A DNA stretch of 23,259 nucleotides, from NCBI GenBank assembly GCA_004284765.1, contig NQJD01000038.1, positions 1-23,259 on the forward strand, read 5' to 3'. A program made the position numbers and the translations under genes. The DNA comes from Candidatus Electronema aureum. GTDB taxonomy: Bacteria > Desulfobacterota > Desulfobulbia > Desulfobulbales > Desulfobulbaceae. The notes beneath the pieces are model-generated. The model ran no database searches, had not been told where the DNA came from, and saw nothing but the letters and a program-made list of their open reading frames with translations. This document shows, in pieces, positions 8,130 through 18,500 of the stretch (position 1 is its first letter; each line of letters starts with the position of its first letter).

Positions 8130-8486
8130 ATGAAAGCAGAAACAGTTATCTTGTGCGATTTGTTACAATGTGGTTTTTTAGATGTAGAATATTTGTCTGA
8201 TATTTGCGAAAGGAATGAAATAGATATTGATACTCAAGAAATAAAGGAAAGTTTTTGAGAATTGCATATGAATGTTTTAATATATGATGCTTTAAGGCAA
8301 ATAGCGGATAAGTTCTTAGACGAAAATTTATATGAAATATGAGAAATTTTAGAGGTGTCAGATATGAAAGAATACATTGCTGAAAATGAGCTTTATGAAA
8401 TCTATACCAATTATTTAGACAGTCATCTATGGTTTAAAGATCAAGAAATTCAAAATTTATTTGAAAATTCAAAGTACCGGAGATAA
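8130..8486 (+). CDS. Strongly acidic hypothetical protein (118 aa under code 25)
   Basis: ATG at 8130, TGA at 8256-8258 and one more, stop TAA at 8484-8486 followed by a terminator hairpin. By my count it has about 28 Asp/Glu against about 10 Lys/Arg. Confidence 0.6.
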
Positions 8487-8499
8487 TCCGGTGCTTTTT
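8474..8499 (+). terminator. Rho-independent terminator
   Basis: Stem ACCGGA/TCCGGT (8476-8481/8487-8492) extended by G-C and T-G pairs, loop GATAA, then TTTTT. Confidence 0.6.
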
Positions 8500-8595
8500 C
8501 TTTTTTGAAAAACTATTAACCAATCTTAGCATATTTTTGGGAGAAGCAAAATATATTTTGCAAATTTCCCTCGGCTTAGTACACTGCTTTACATC

Positions 8596-8700
8596 CTCGG
8601 CTTTGCCGAGCCGATGGGGGGGGGCAAGATTGAAAGTTTCACCTAAACTTTCATCTTGCAAGGCGGGGACACCCCCCTTGACCCCCCGTTTTGCCGTTGG
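8596..8700. promoter_or_regulatory. Candidate oriT
   Basis: It lies immediately upstream of mobC-relaxase. Hairpin CTCGGC-TTT-GCCGAG (8596-8610), a G9 run, a 16-bp imperfect inverted repeat at 8624-8639/8644-8659, and tandem GAC(A)CCCCCC units. The nick site was not identified. Confidence 0.45.
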
Positions 8701-8728
8701 CAATACACAATCTTTTTAAAAAATAACA

Positions 8729-9103
8729 ATGAAAGACAGAAAAGAATACCAAAAGGAATACCTTAAAAAATGGAGAAAAGAAAATAAGGACATTCATATA
8801 TATTTTACACCAGAAGAATACAAATTTTTTGAGGAACTATCAAAAAAGTATGAAGTAAAAACAAGCTCACTTATAAAAACAATGGCAATTTCTCAGGCAA
8901 ACAAAACTCTTTGCTTGCCTAAAGAAATGCAAGAAAAACTAAACGAGTTCGTTTTTCTCATAAGAAACATAGCAAACAATGTGAACCAAATAGCCAGACA
9001 CTCCAACACCATTAAAACCTTAACCGATGAACACGGTTTATTATCCTACCTCAAACAGCTTGAAGAAGCCGTTAAAGAATATGTGAAAAAAGAAAACAAA
9101 TGA
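8729..9103 (+). CDS. mobC: MobC-type relaxosome accessory protein
   Basis: IRNIANNVNQIARHSN matches the MobC signature (NxNQiAr..N). The gene ends TGA (9101-9103), TTA, TAA (9107-9109). There is an ATGA overlap with the relaxase start. Confidence 0.85.
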   Translation: MKDRKEYQKEYLKKWRKENKDIHIYFTPEEYKFFEELSKKYEVKTSSLIKTMAISQANKTLCLPKEMQEKLNEFVFLIRNIANNVNQIARHSNTIKTLTDEHGLLSYLKQLEEAVKEYVKKENK

Positions 9104-10023
9104 TTATAAAATCAATGTCCAGAAAAGAGCCGAGCTTTGCCCAGCTCTCAAATTATATTTTCAAAGGAGCAGACAACAAATACACCTACACAAGAAACCT
9201 TTATGAAAGGGATACTGAAAGCATAACAAGAGAATTTGAAAAAAACTTTAAGCACCTAAAAAGGCAAAAAAACTCAAATGCAATTTACCACGAAATAATA
9301 TCTATCTCAAAAGCAAGCATTGATACAGAAAAACAAAAAGAAAAACTTTTGGAAATAGCTGGTGAATATGCGGAAATAAGGGCGAAAAATTGCCTTGTTT
9401 TCGGCTCCCTTCACGAAGCAGGCAACAACTTTCATTTTCATTTAATGATTAGTTCAAATGGGATCGAACAGAACAGAAATCACTACCTTTCAAAAAAACA
9501 ATTTGACGAAATAAAGAAGGGCTTAGAAAGGTATGTTTTGGAGAAATACCCTGAACTAGACCAAAAACGGGTTATGAACCAAGAAAGGAAAATAGAAGCC
9601 GTATCGCAAAAAGAATTTGAACTCAAAAAAAGAACTGGTGAGATAACAAAAAAAGAATCTATCCAATATCGATTGACTCAAATATTTAATAGATCATCCA
9701 CTAAAGAAATTTTTTTTACTAACCTTGAAAAAGATAAAATTCAAATTTATATCAGAGGAAACACCGTAGGTTTTATAGATTTGTCGGACGACAAGCAGAG
9801 GAAATATAGATTAAAAAAATTAGGATTATCCGAGGAATTTAATAAAATGAGTGAGGTGCTTGCTCGTGAAGTTCCTCACTGTCAGGAACCAGCAAGCAAG
9901 ACCTTTTCAAGGCAGGAAAAACAGGAACAGAAAAAAGAGGAAGCCAGACCGACAAAAGAACAAGAGGCTTTAGATGAACTGAAAAAAATAAGAGATAGTA
10001 AAATTAAAATCAAAAAGATGTGA
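9100..10023 (+). CDS. Relaxase/mobilization nuclease. It is 307 aa under the standard code and would extend to 10263 (387 aa) under code 25.
   Basis: An N-terminal Tyr region (LSNYIFKG) and a histidine triad HEAGNNFHFHLMIS. The TGA at 10021-10023 is in frame with the ORF at 10069-10263, with no intervening TAA/TAG. Confidence 0.85.
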   Translation: MIIKSMSRKEPSFAQLSNYIFKGADNKYTYTRNLYERDTESITREFEKNFKHLKRQKNSNAIYHEIISISKASIDTEKQKEKLLEIAGEYAEIRAKNCLVFGSLHEAGNNFHFHLMISSNGIEQNRNHYLSKKQFDEIKKGLERYVLEKYPELDQKRVMNQERKIEAVSQKEFELKKRTGEITKKESIQYRLTQIFNRSSTKEIFFTNLEKDKIQIYIRGNTVGFIDLSDDKQRKYRLKKLGLSEEFNKMSEVLAREVPHCQEPASKTFSRQEKQEQKKEEARPTKEQEALDELKKIRDSKIKIKKM

Positions 10024-10068
10024 GAATTTGAAAATACAGTAAAAGCCACTAAAAAGGAGGTAGGAAAA

Positions 10069-10263
10069 GTGTTTGCTGGGATTAAAAGAATTTTAGGAGT
10101 AGATAGGTTGCTTGAAGCAGGAAAAAAAAATGAAAAACCTGAATGGGTCAGGGAAGACGGCACTATTGATAAAGAACAACAGGAGGAAGTCTTGAAGGAA
10201 TTAGAAGCCCAACGAGCTTTGAAAATGGGGAAAAATAAATCGGGATACAAAAAAAGCCTTTAG
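10069..10263 (+). CDS. Either a separate 64-aa ORF (GTG start) or the C-terminal extension of the relaxase
   Basis: Same frame as the relaxase. AAGGAGG lies about 10 nt upstream of the GTG at 10069. Stop TAG at 10261-10263 is embedded in an inverted repeat. Confidence 0.4.
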   Translation: MFAGIKRILGVDRLLEAGKKNEKPEWVREDGTIDKEQQEEVLKELEAQRALKMGKNKSGYKKSL

Positions 10264-10325
10264 TGTCTAAAGGCTTAAATATTTAAGAGCTTGAGAGCTT
10301 AAAGCCTTTAGTGCTTAAAAGTCTC
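10254..10325. repeat. Second cluster of the TTTAGTG/CTTAAAGC palindrome family
   Basis: Inverted repeat at 10254-10262/10268-10276, palindrome CTTAAATATTTAAG at 10274-10287, a GAGCTT doublet, and CTTAAAGCCTTTAGTGCTTAAAAG. The units are shared with 775-940. Confidence 0.5.
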
Positions 10326-10340
10326 AACTAACTAAAAAAT

Positions 10341-11807
10341 ATGATAATTTTTAAATTAATCTTTGGCTGGATCATAGATATTCTCCTTACGGGAGGCAAA
10401 TATTTATTATACGGACGGATACTGAAAAATAAGACGGGTTCAAAAATACTTACCCCTAAAGAGATAAAAAGTTTTCTATCTCCAGCACACAAAGGGCTTT
10501 TAATTGATGGAGCCAAAAACCGACTTTCGGTTGCCGAGAGCTTTCAAAATGTTTGTTTTGTGGCAAGGGTAGGAGCAGGAAAAACCACTAAATATATTAT
10601 TCCAAATGTGCTTGATAAAGGCAGACAAAATGTTTCAATGGTGGTGAATGATCCTAAGGGTGAAGTCTATTCTCTAACCGCAGGATATTTACAAGCTAAC
10701 GGGTATAAAATTATAGTTTATAATCCACATAATCTTCTTAATTCTAATTTATTTAATCCTCTTTTAGAGGCAAAAAATCACATAGAACTCGAACAAATAG
10801 CAGAAACTTTAATTTGGATAGGAAACCCAGGAGATAAAGACCCATTTTGGAACAATGGAGCAAGTAGAATAATTTCAGTTTTATTAAAATGCCTTAGTTT
10901 TTCTAAAAATAAACAAAATTTCAATTTGCCTAATCTCTATTATCTTCTTCAAAATTTCGGAGAAATGGGGGAGGGGTTAGATAAGTGGATTTCTCGGAAT
11001 TGCTGGGATCCGACTTGCCCCAACGACAGGTATGTTTTAAACGAATGGAAAGGGGTTTTGACCGGCAACCAAGAAACCGTGCAAAGTTTTGTAGGGGTCT
11101 GTTTAACCTCTCTCAAAGCTCTTTCAAATAGAGACTTACAAGGATTTTTCAGCGATTCAGACTACAAACTTACAAATTTAAGGAAACAAAAAACAGCTAT
11201 ATTTTTCATCACACCACCTGAACACCAGCAATATTATTCATTTGTTACCAGCCTTTTTTTCCGTGCTGTTTTCAACGAATGTATGAGGGATCAACATTTA
11301 AGAGGGAAAAGCCTACCTGTATATATCCTATATGATGAGTTCGGCAATTCATATATCACCGATTTTGTTTCTGTGGCAAATACCATTAGAGGGTATGGTG
11401 TTTCTTTATCTATTGTTTTGCAATCAATTTCACAACTTGCTATGAAATACGGACAAAACACATCTGAAGCAATTCAAGGAGCTTTAAATACTAATATATG
11501 CCTAAGTTCTTCTGATCCTGTAACATCAAAATTCTTTTCTGAACTTTCTGGAAGGGTGAGAGAAAGGCAGGTCAGGGATATAGAAAAAAACATAGAAGAC
11601 TACAGGGAATACAACTTACTCAATACAGATGATGTAAGAACAATGGGACAGGATGAAGCCTTAATAATTTCTAAAAACCGCTATCCTGTAAGATTAAAAG
11701 TAGTTCCGTATTATAATAATAGAATTTTTAAAAAAGCATCTTTATTCCCGAAGCCTAATTTTTCTAATGATGAGAGAAAAATTAATGTTTCATTTGAACA
11801 GTTATAA
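10341..11807 (+). CDS. Type IV coupling protein (TraG/TraD/VirD4 family)
   Basis: Walker A VGAGKTT, Walker B-like VYILYDEFGN, one N-terminal hydrophobic segment. Stop is TAA. About 31 Gly codons by my count, none of them TGA. Confidence 0.9.
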   Translation: MIIFKLIFGWIIDILLTGGKYLLYGRILKNKTGSKILTPKEIKSFLSPAHKGLLIDGAKNRLSVAESFQNVCFVARVGAGKTTKYIIPNVLDKGRQNVSMVVNDPKGEVYSLTAGYLQANGYKIIVYNPHNLLNSNLFNPLLEAKNHIELEQIAETLIWIGNPGDKDPFWNNGASRIISVLLKCLSFSKNKQNFNLPNLYYLLQNFGEMGEGLDKWISRNCWDPTCPNDRYVLNEWKGVLTGNQETVQSFVGVCLTSLKALSNRDLQGFFSDSDYKLTNLRKQKTAIFFITPPEHQQYYSFVTSLFFRAVFNECMRDQHLRGKSLPVYILYDEFGNSYITDFVSVANTIRGYGVSLSIVLQSISQLAMKYGQNTSEAIQGALNTNICLSSSDPVTSKFFSELSGRVRERQVRDIEKNIEDYREYNLLNTDDVRTMGQDEALIISKNRYPVRLKVVPYYNNRIFKKASLFPKPNFSNDERKINVSFEQL

Positions 11808-12464
11808 ATGAATAACTTTGTGTTGTATCTAATAATTTTTTGTTTTGGGTATGTTGCTGGGAAAATTCTATCAAAATTGCATAGATTTTTCTTTCTTATA
11901 GGGTGTTTCCTGTTGATGCCTAAAATATATCAATACAGAAGCCAACATTTATTGATTGTTACTGTTGTTTTTATTCTCGGTGTTGCAAAAGGTTATAAGC
12001 TGTTTCCTAAATTTACAGAAATGCTGGAAGAAATAAAAATATCTATTCATCTTTTCTTTGCTAAGAGGAGAGAAATATCATACAGAACAGCAAAGGAAGA
12101 CTGGAAAGAACAAGAACACATAAATAGCATGAAAGCAGAGGAACTAAGGCTGAAAGAACAGGAGCTATACAAACAAGCCGAGGAAATCAAACGGCAGAAA
12201 CATCGTGCAGACGAGGACTTGAGGAAGGCACGGGAAAAGCAGGCAAAAAATACAAGCTATCCAAACACCTTGCAGGAAGCCTTTGAGGTTCTGGGAACCA
12301 GATCAGGGCTAACAGTCGAGGAATACAAAAGAATTTGGAAACAAGAGGCTTTGAAATATCACCCAGATAGAACAAAAGGGCTTGGTGAAAGATTGCAAAA
12401 ACAAGCGGAAAGTGAAATGAAATCAATAAATAAGGCTTGGGAGATTATAAAAAATAAAGTCTAA
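11808..12464 (+). CDS. Membrane-anchored J-domain (DnaJ-like) protein
   Basis: Two to three N-terminal hydrophobic helices, a charged coiled-coil region, and a C-terminal J-domain with KYHPDR (HPD motif) and flanking helices. The ATG immediately follows the coupling protein TAA. Confidence 0.8.
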   Translation: MNNFVLYLIIFCFGYVAGKILSKLHRFFFLIGCFLLMPKIYQYRSQHLLIVTVVFILGVAKGYKLFPKFTEMLEEIKISIHLFFAKRREISYRTAKEDWKEQEHINSMKAEELRLKEQELYKQAEEIKRQKHRADEDLRKAREKQAKNTSYPNTLQEAFEVLGTRSGLTVEEYKRIWKQEALKYHPDRTKGLGERLQKQAESEMKSINKAWEIIKNKV

Positions 12465-12553
12465 TTTTTTCTTCTTGACAGCACTCTTTCAATTGTGTTA
12501 AAGCCTATTTTTATCTTTTCAATTTTCAGTTTGCCTGTTTTTGGAGAATTCTT

Positions 12554-15500
12554 ATGTCCAAACAGCCCGCCTCCTTTCGGTCTTTGTGGTCTTTCCTTCC
12601 AGTTTCGATTCTGTTTCTTCTTACAATTTATGAGGGTGTTGCTTTAGCTTGTACCCCGAAAATTGTTTGGGTGGCGGATAACAATATCCCCAATGTCATT
12701 GAAGCAGGAACGGCGGTCACTTTCAAATGGGAAGTGGTCAATAAGTCTTCCTGCAATGCCACCGACCTTCGGGTTGCCTTCTATTCTACCAGCCTAGAAA
12801 GCCCTACTGCCGATTTTGGCGGTGATAATAACCCTTCTTTTTCGCTGAAACCTTGGGAAAAAGGCATTATTGAAGCAAAAATGCCTATTGCTCCAAAAGA
12901 GATAGAGAAATACTTTGAATTAAAATTTGATATTGTCAAAGCTGACGGCACCCCGCTTGTTCCGTTGGCATTAGGACGGTTAGGGGCTGAATTTACAATA
13001 ATCCCCCTTACTGAACCTCCACCAACTCAAAGCTGCACGGCAAATCTTGTATGGGAGGAACCGAAATATGATGCAAAAAAGGTTGCTCCCAGTGTGCCGG
13101 TTCTTTTTGTTTGGACGGTTACAAATATTTCTACAGATTGTGATGCTATAAATTATAGTCCTGTATTTTTTTATGCCGAACCTTCCAGTCAAACCGCAAA
13201 TTATAACGGCACAAGCCACCCTCATTTTGATGCAAAGAGAGGGAAAACAGTCCAAATTCAAGCAAATGTTTTGCTTACACCAGCAGAAGAAGGGAAATAT
13301 AAAGCGGTATTTAATATTTACGATCATAACGGCGATGCTTTGCCTGTTTCGGGTGAAAAGGAACCTCTTTATGCCGAATTTGAGGTCAGCAAAAGTATTC
13401 CGCCCCCGAAAGAACCTTGTGACAGTGTACTTGCTCCGGTGGTGCAGAGTGTTGATTTGGTTCAGCTCGGCAACGACGGCAAGGTGCTTGTAACTGCCAA
13501 TGTTACCAACAGTAGCGGAGAATTAACCGTTACACTGGATTTGAATGGTAAAACCTACACCATGAGTAAGCTCAATTCTGGGGCTTATGGGGCAACAGGC
13601 GAAGGCAATAAGGCGGGAAAAAACGATTACACAGTAACAGCAGGAAACGGCTGCAAATTTCACGGGCTTGACTTCGTTGACGGGGTGCTTTCGTCATACA
13701 ATATGGGCACCTGCTGTCAGGATGCCGATATGTCCTGCAAAAACCAGAGAAAATGCGGACGAAGCCAGTTTGCCGCTTCCAAAGGTCATCCAGTCACCAC
13801 CTACACAGGCAACTTTGCTGAAACCCTGACCGATGGAGCCGTTGCAGGGATAGGCGATGCCGACCTTTTTATAACCAGAGCCTACAACTCCGCCGCCGCT
13901 CTTGCCGATGCCGCCTCTGTTTACAGGCATACAGAGGCGGGAAGGGAAAAGGTTGCAGGCCCGCCCCAGTATTTCGGCACAGGCTGGTCTTCCAATTTGG
14001 ATTCCTTCCTTCTGGCTATGGATTATGCCCCTCTCTACGAGGGAGTGCAGATCAGGTTCCCAGACGGCCACACCCAGAACTTTGAGAAAAGCGGCTCCAG
14101 TTACAAGTCTTCCACACCAGACAACTTTGATGAGCTAACGAAGGAAGGCAACAATTTCGTCCTGAAAAGGAAAAGCAGTCTGGAAACTTGGAGCTTCGGC
14201 TCGGACGGCAAGTTGCTCCAAACCAGCGACCAAAACGGCAACAAAGTTGCCTACACTTATGGCGGCGGATGCCTTGAGAAAATCAGCAGCGGCAGCCGAG
14301 CTGTAACCTTCACTTGCGATGCCAAGGGGCATATCACCAAAGCCCAACTCCCAGAAAATATAGTTATTTCTTACGAGTATAACGATGACCTGCTGACCGC
14401 CATGACGGACGGCAGAGGCAATAAGACCCAGTACACCTACGACGAAAACAAGCAGCTAACCAAAATCAGCACCCCGCTTGGAACACCTTCGGTTCAAATG
14501 AGCTATGACGACCGCTACCGTGTTTCCAGTCAGACCGTGGGGGAAAGCGAGCTGTATGCCTTTGCCTATCAGGGCGAGGATGCGGCAGAAAGCACCACCA
14601 TAACCGACAGCTACGGCAATGCCACCGTGCAGAAGCACGATGAAAAAGGTCGTCAGGTTGAAATAACCCACCCCGACGGCACGACCGAAGAATTTAAGCA
14701 CGACGACCACAACAGCCGCACCTACTACAAAGACCCAGCAGGCGGAGAGTACAGCTATACCTATGATGATAAGGGTAATATGCTTGCTCTGGACGGTCCG
14801 CTTGGGCTGCATAAGGAGTGGAGCTACAGCCAAAGCAACCTTGTGACCGCAACCACGGAAAAGGTGGATGATACCAAAAATAGGAAATTCACCTTTGAGT
14901 ACGATGCCAAAGGCAACCTCTCCAAATTCTGCCTGCCGTTGCAAAACTGCGGCACCGTCACCTACACCGCAGCAGGTCTGCCAGAAAAACTGACCGATCT
15001 TCGGGGTAATATCTCGGTCAATGCCTACAATGCCGAAGGCGACCTCGTGAGTGTGACCGACCCCGAAGGGGCGGTTACAAAGTTCAGCCATGACGGGCTT
15101 GGGCGGACGGTCGGCAAAACCAAACCGCTCGGCAATGCCTACCGCTATGCCTACGACCAAAATTCCAACCTGACCGCCGTTGACGGCCCGCTTGGCTTCC
15201 ATATGGGCTACAGCTACGATGCCAACAACAACCTTGCGGAAAGCACCGATCCGAACGGCGGCAAAAAACGGTACACCTACACCGCCTCTGGCAGTATGAG
15301 TTCCGAGCAGAACCAGCTTGGCTTTGTGACCTCGTTTGCTTACGGGCTGATGAACGAGCGGACAGGGATGACCGATGCCGAGGGCAGGCAGTGGAGCTAT
15401 GCCTATGACTCCATGCTTCGGGTTAAAGAGGTGAGCGGCCCGCTCGGACACCGTCAGGGCTTTGTTTACAATGCCCTTGGAATGATCACCGATGCCACCG

Positions 15501-18500
15501 ACCCCGAAGGCAGTGTGAAGCATGTTGAATATGATGCCCTCGGTCGCCCGCTTGCCGTGACGAAAAACTATGTTGCGGGGGCAGGCGACAGCTCGGACAC
15601 CAATATTACAACCCAGTTCTCCTACGATCTTTTAGGCAACAGGCTTTCCGTTACCGACCCTGAAGGCTACCAGTTTTCCGCTGAATATGACCTGCAAAGC
15701 CGTCTCGTAAAACGGCGGGATGCGGAAAATTACGAATGGGAATACAGCTATGACCCAATGGGAAACCTCCTTGCCGAGCTGAACCCCAGAGGCTACAGCA
15801 CCGCCTACACCTATACCCCAGCAAACCGCCTTCAGTCCGTTACCAACCCAGAACAGCACACCAAAACCCTTGTTTGGAATGCCAACGGCAAGCTGGTTTC
15901 AATCAAAGACCCGCTCGGAACAGTCACAGCCTACGGCTATGACTCCCTTGACCGCAAGACTGCCAAAATCATGAACTACAAGCCGTCTTTCGCCCCAGAC
16001 AGCCAGACCAATGTAACCACCAAGTTTGCTTACGATCTAGCAGGGAATCTTCGGTATATCACCAATCCCCTGAACTACAAGGCGGAAATTCGGTACGATG
16101 CCGCTCAACGAAAAACGGAGCAAATCAATTTTGAGGGCGGCAGAACCAAGTTTGCTTACGACAAGGTCGGCAATCTTCTCAAGGTCACGGATGCCAAGGG
16201 TAATTCCACCAGCTATACAGTAGATGAGCTTGACCGCCTTACAGCCGTCACCAATGCCGAGAACGAGACCACAGGCTATGCCTATGACCTCGTAGGCAAC
16301 CGCACCCAGCTTGTGGAGCCAGACGGCACCGTAACCCTGTATGAATTTGACGGGGTGTACCGCCTGAATAAGGTGCATGAGAACTACCGCCCAGACCAAG
16401 GAACGGGCAACGATGTGAATGCCGTCACCGCCTACGGCTATGACAGGCGAGGACTGCTCACCAGCACAGTGAACCCCAACGGGGCGGAGACCAAGTTTGA
16501 GCACAACGGGGTTGAAAAGCTGGTGAAGGAGGTTGATCCGCTCGGCAAGGTCTGGGAATATGCCTATGACGGCAACAGAAACCGCACCAGCCGAAAGGAT
16601 GCCAAAGGCGATCTGACCGAGTACGAGTTCTACCCAGACGACATGCTGGAGCAGATCAGCTATGCCGACGGCAGCAGTGTGTCCTACGAATACGACCCGA
16701 ACAACAACCGCACAGGGATGACCGACAAGCTCGGCACGACCTCGTGGAGCTTTGACCCGCTGAACCGAACCACCCAGCAGAAAGACCCCTTTGAACGGAT
16801 TTTGCAGTACCGCTACGATGCCGATTCCAACAGGATCGGCATGACCTACCCAGACGGCAACAAGGTTGCCTACCAGTACAGCCCGAACAGCTGGCTGAAA
16901 AAAATGACCGACCCTAAAGGGCAGGTCATCACCTACAGCCGTGATCTGGTCGGCAACACCACCAAAATAACCAACCCCAACAAGACCGAAACCACGGTCG
17001 CTTATGACAAGGTGTACCGCACCTTGCAGAGGGTCAACCGCCAGACCACCAACGGCGGCAAGATCAACTCCGCCTACTGGCACAGTTACAACAAGCTGGG
17101 CAACATCACCAAAACTATGAACCAGTACGGCTGGCGGAAGCCGTCCGTCGTGCAGGAAACCTACAGCTACGACGGTTTGCATCGCCTTGCAGGGTTCAGC
17201 CTCTATCCTCTCCAGAACAACGGCGGCAGAGTTACGGAAACTTGGAACTATGACCCCGCAGGCAACCGTCTGAGCTGGAAAACCAACGACGACCTTCAGA
17301 GCAACACCCCCTTTGATGCCTTCAGCAGAACCTACGAATACAACGAAGCCAGCCAGATGCTTGCCGTGGCACACGATGCAGGCAAGAAAAGCAAGAACTT
17401 CGCCTACGAGTACAGCTACGACGAGAACGGCAATAGAATCAACCGACAGCTTGAGGATGCCAACGGCCCGCAATACGGGGCAGATTACAGCTATGACCCC
17501 GAAAACCGCCTTGTGGAAGTGCAGGACTACCAGCTCACAGGCAAAAACGGAAAGAACCGAATAGACCGAGCCGTAACCTCGCTGGAGTATGACGGTGGCG
17601 GTCGTCGGTTGGTTCAACACTATGACCCCAAGAACGGCGGAAATGGAGTTGATAAACGGGACGAGTATGTGTTTGACGGGCTTGACCCAGTTGCCGAGTA
17701 CGACAAGCTGAACGGGCAGCGGACGGACTACTACAGGGGCGAGGGTGGGGACATTGCCTTAATGCACCAGTATAAGGGTGGCACTCAAGGGCAGATGTAC
17801 TGGTATCACTACAACCAAAAGAAAGATGTTGTAGGATTAACGAAACAAAACGGCAATTCACACCACAACTACCGTTATGATGTGTACGGAGCTGTTTTGC
17901 CTGAAAACGGCAATTTCACTGATCCGCACAACCACTACACTTTGACGGGCAAAGAGTTTGATGAGAACACGGGCTTAGTGTGGTTTGGGGCAAGGCATTA
18001 TGAGCCTGAGACTGGGGTGTGGATGGGGCAGGATAATTTTAGAGGAATTTTAGATATACCTATGACATTGCATAGGTATCAATATAATTATAACAATACA
18101 GTTAATTATTATGATCCTGACGGGAAAAATCCATTGATTGTTATTGGTGCTATTATTGCTGGTGTATTTCTAAATGATATAAATATTGCTAAATCTCTTG
18201 ATAAAGGACAAAAGATTGATGGTGAATCTGTTAATTTGATAGAGGAAGTATTAGATGAAATACCAATTTATAAAGATATTCCAGATGGAGCTAAATTTGC
18301 TGCTGAAATTCTTTATACAAAAGGTAGTAATTTAAAAAATCCTAAAAAAACAAAGTCTATATATAAATCTTCAAAAAAGATATGGAAAAAATATGAGCAA
18401 TATTGTATTGACAAGGGAAATGAAATTAAGAAGGAGATTAAGTCTATATGGAACAGTACAAAGAAAAAAACATCTGTAGAGAGTGCATTTAATCATTGGA

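Noticed and set aside
1287-8486. TGA read as Trp (code 4, as in Mycoplasma)
   Set aside because: The TGA positions align with conserved Gly, not Trp: RelE R-x-G-x-YR, Toprim E-G, and SS-GG-ET in RelB. TGG is also used for Trp in the same genes.
14456-17861. Long minus-strand and off-frame ORFs inside the Rhs gene (14456-15523, 16037-17620, 17535-17861, 13694-14071 and others)
   Set aside because: They lie antisense or out of frame to a 2072-aa ORF with unmistakable YD repeats. Their translations are low-complexity Gly/Val/Ala strings, as expected from GC-rich repetitive coding DNA.
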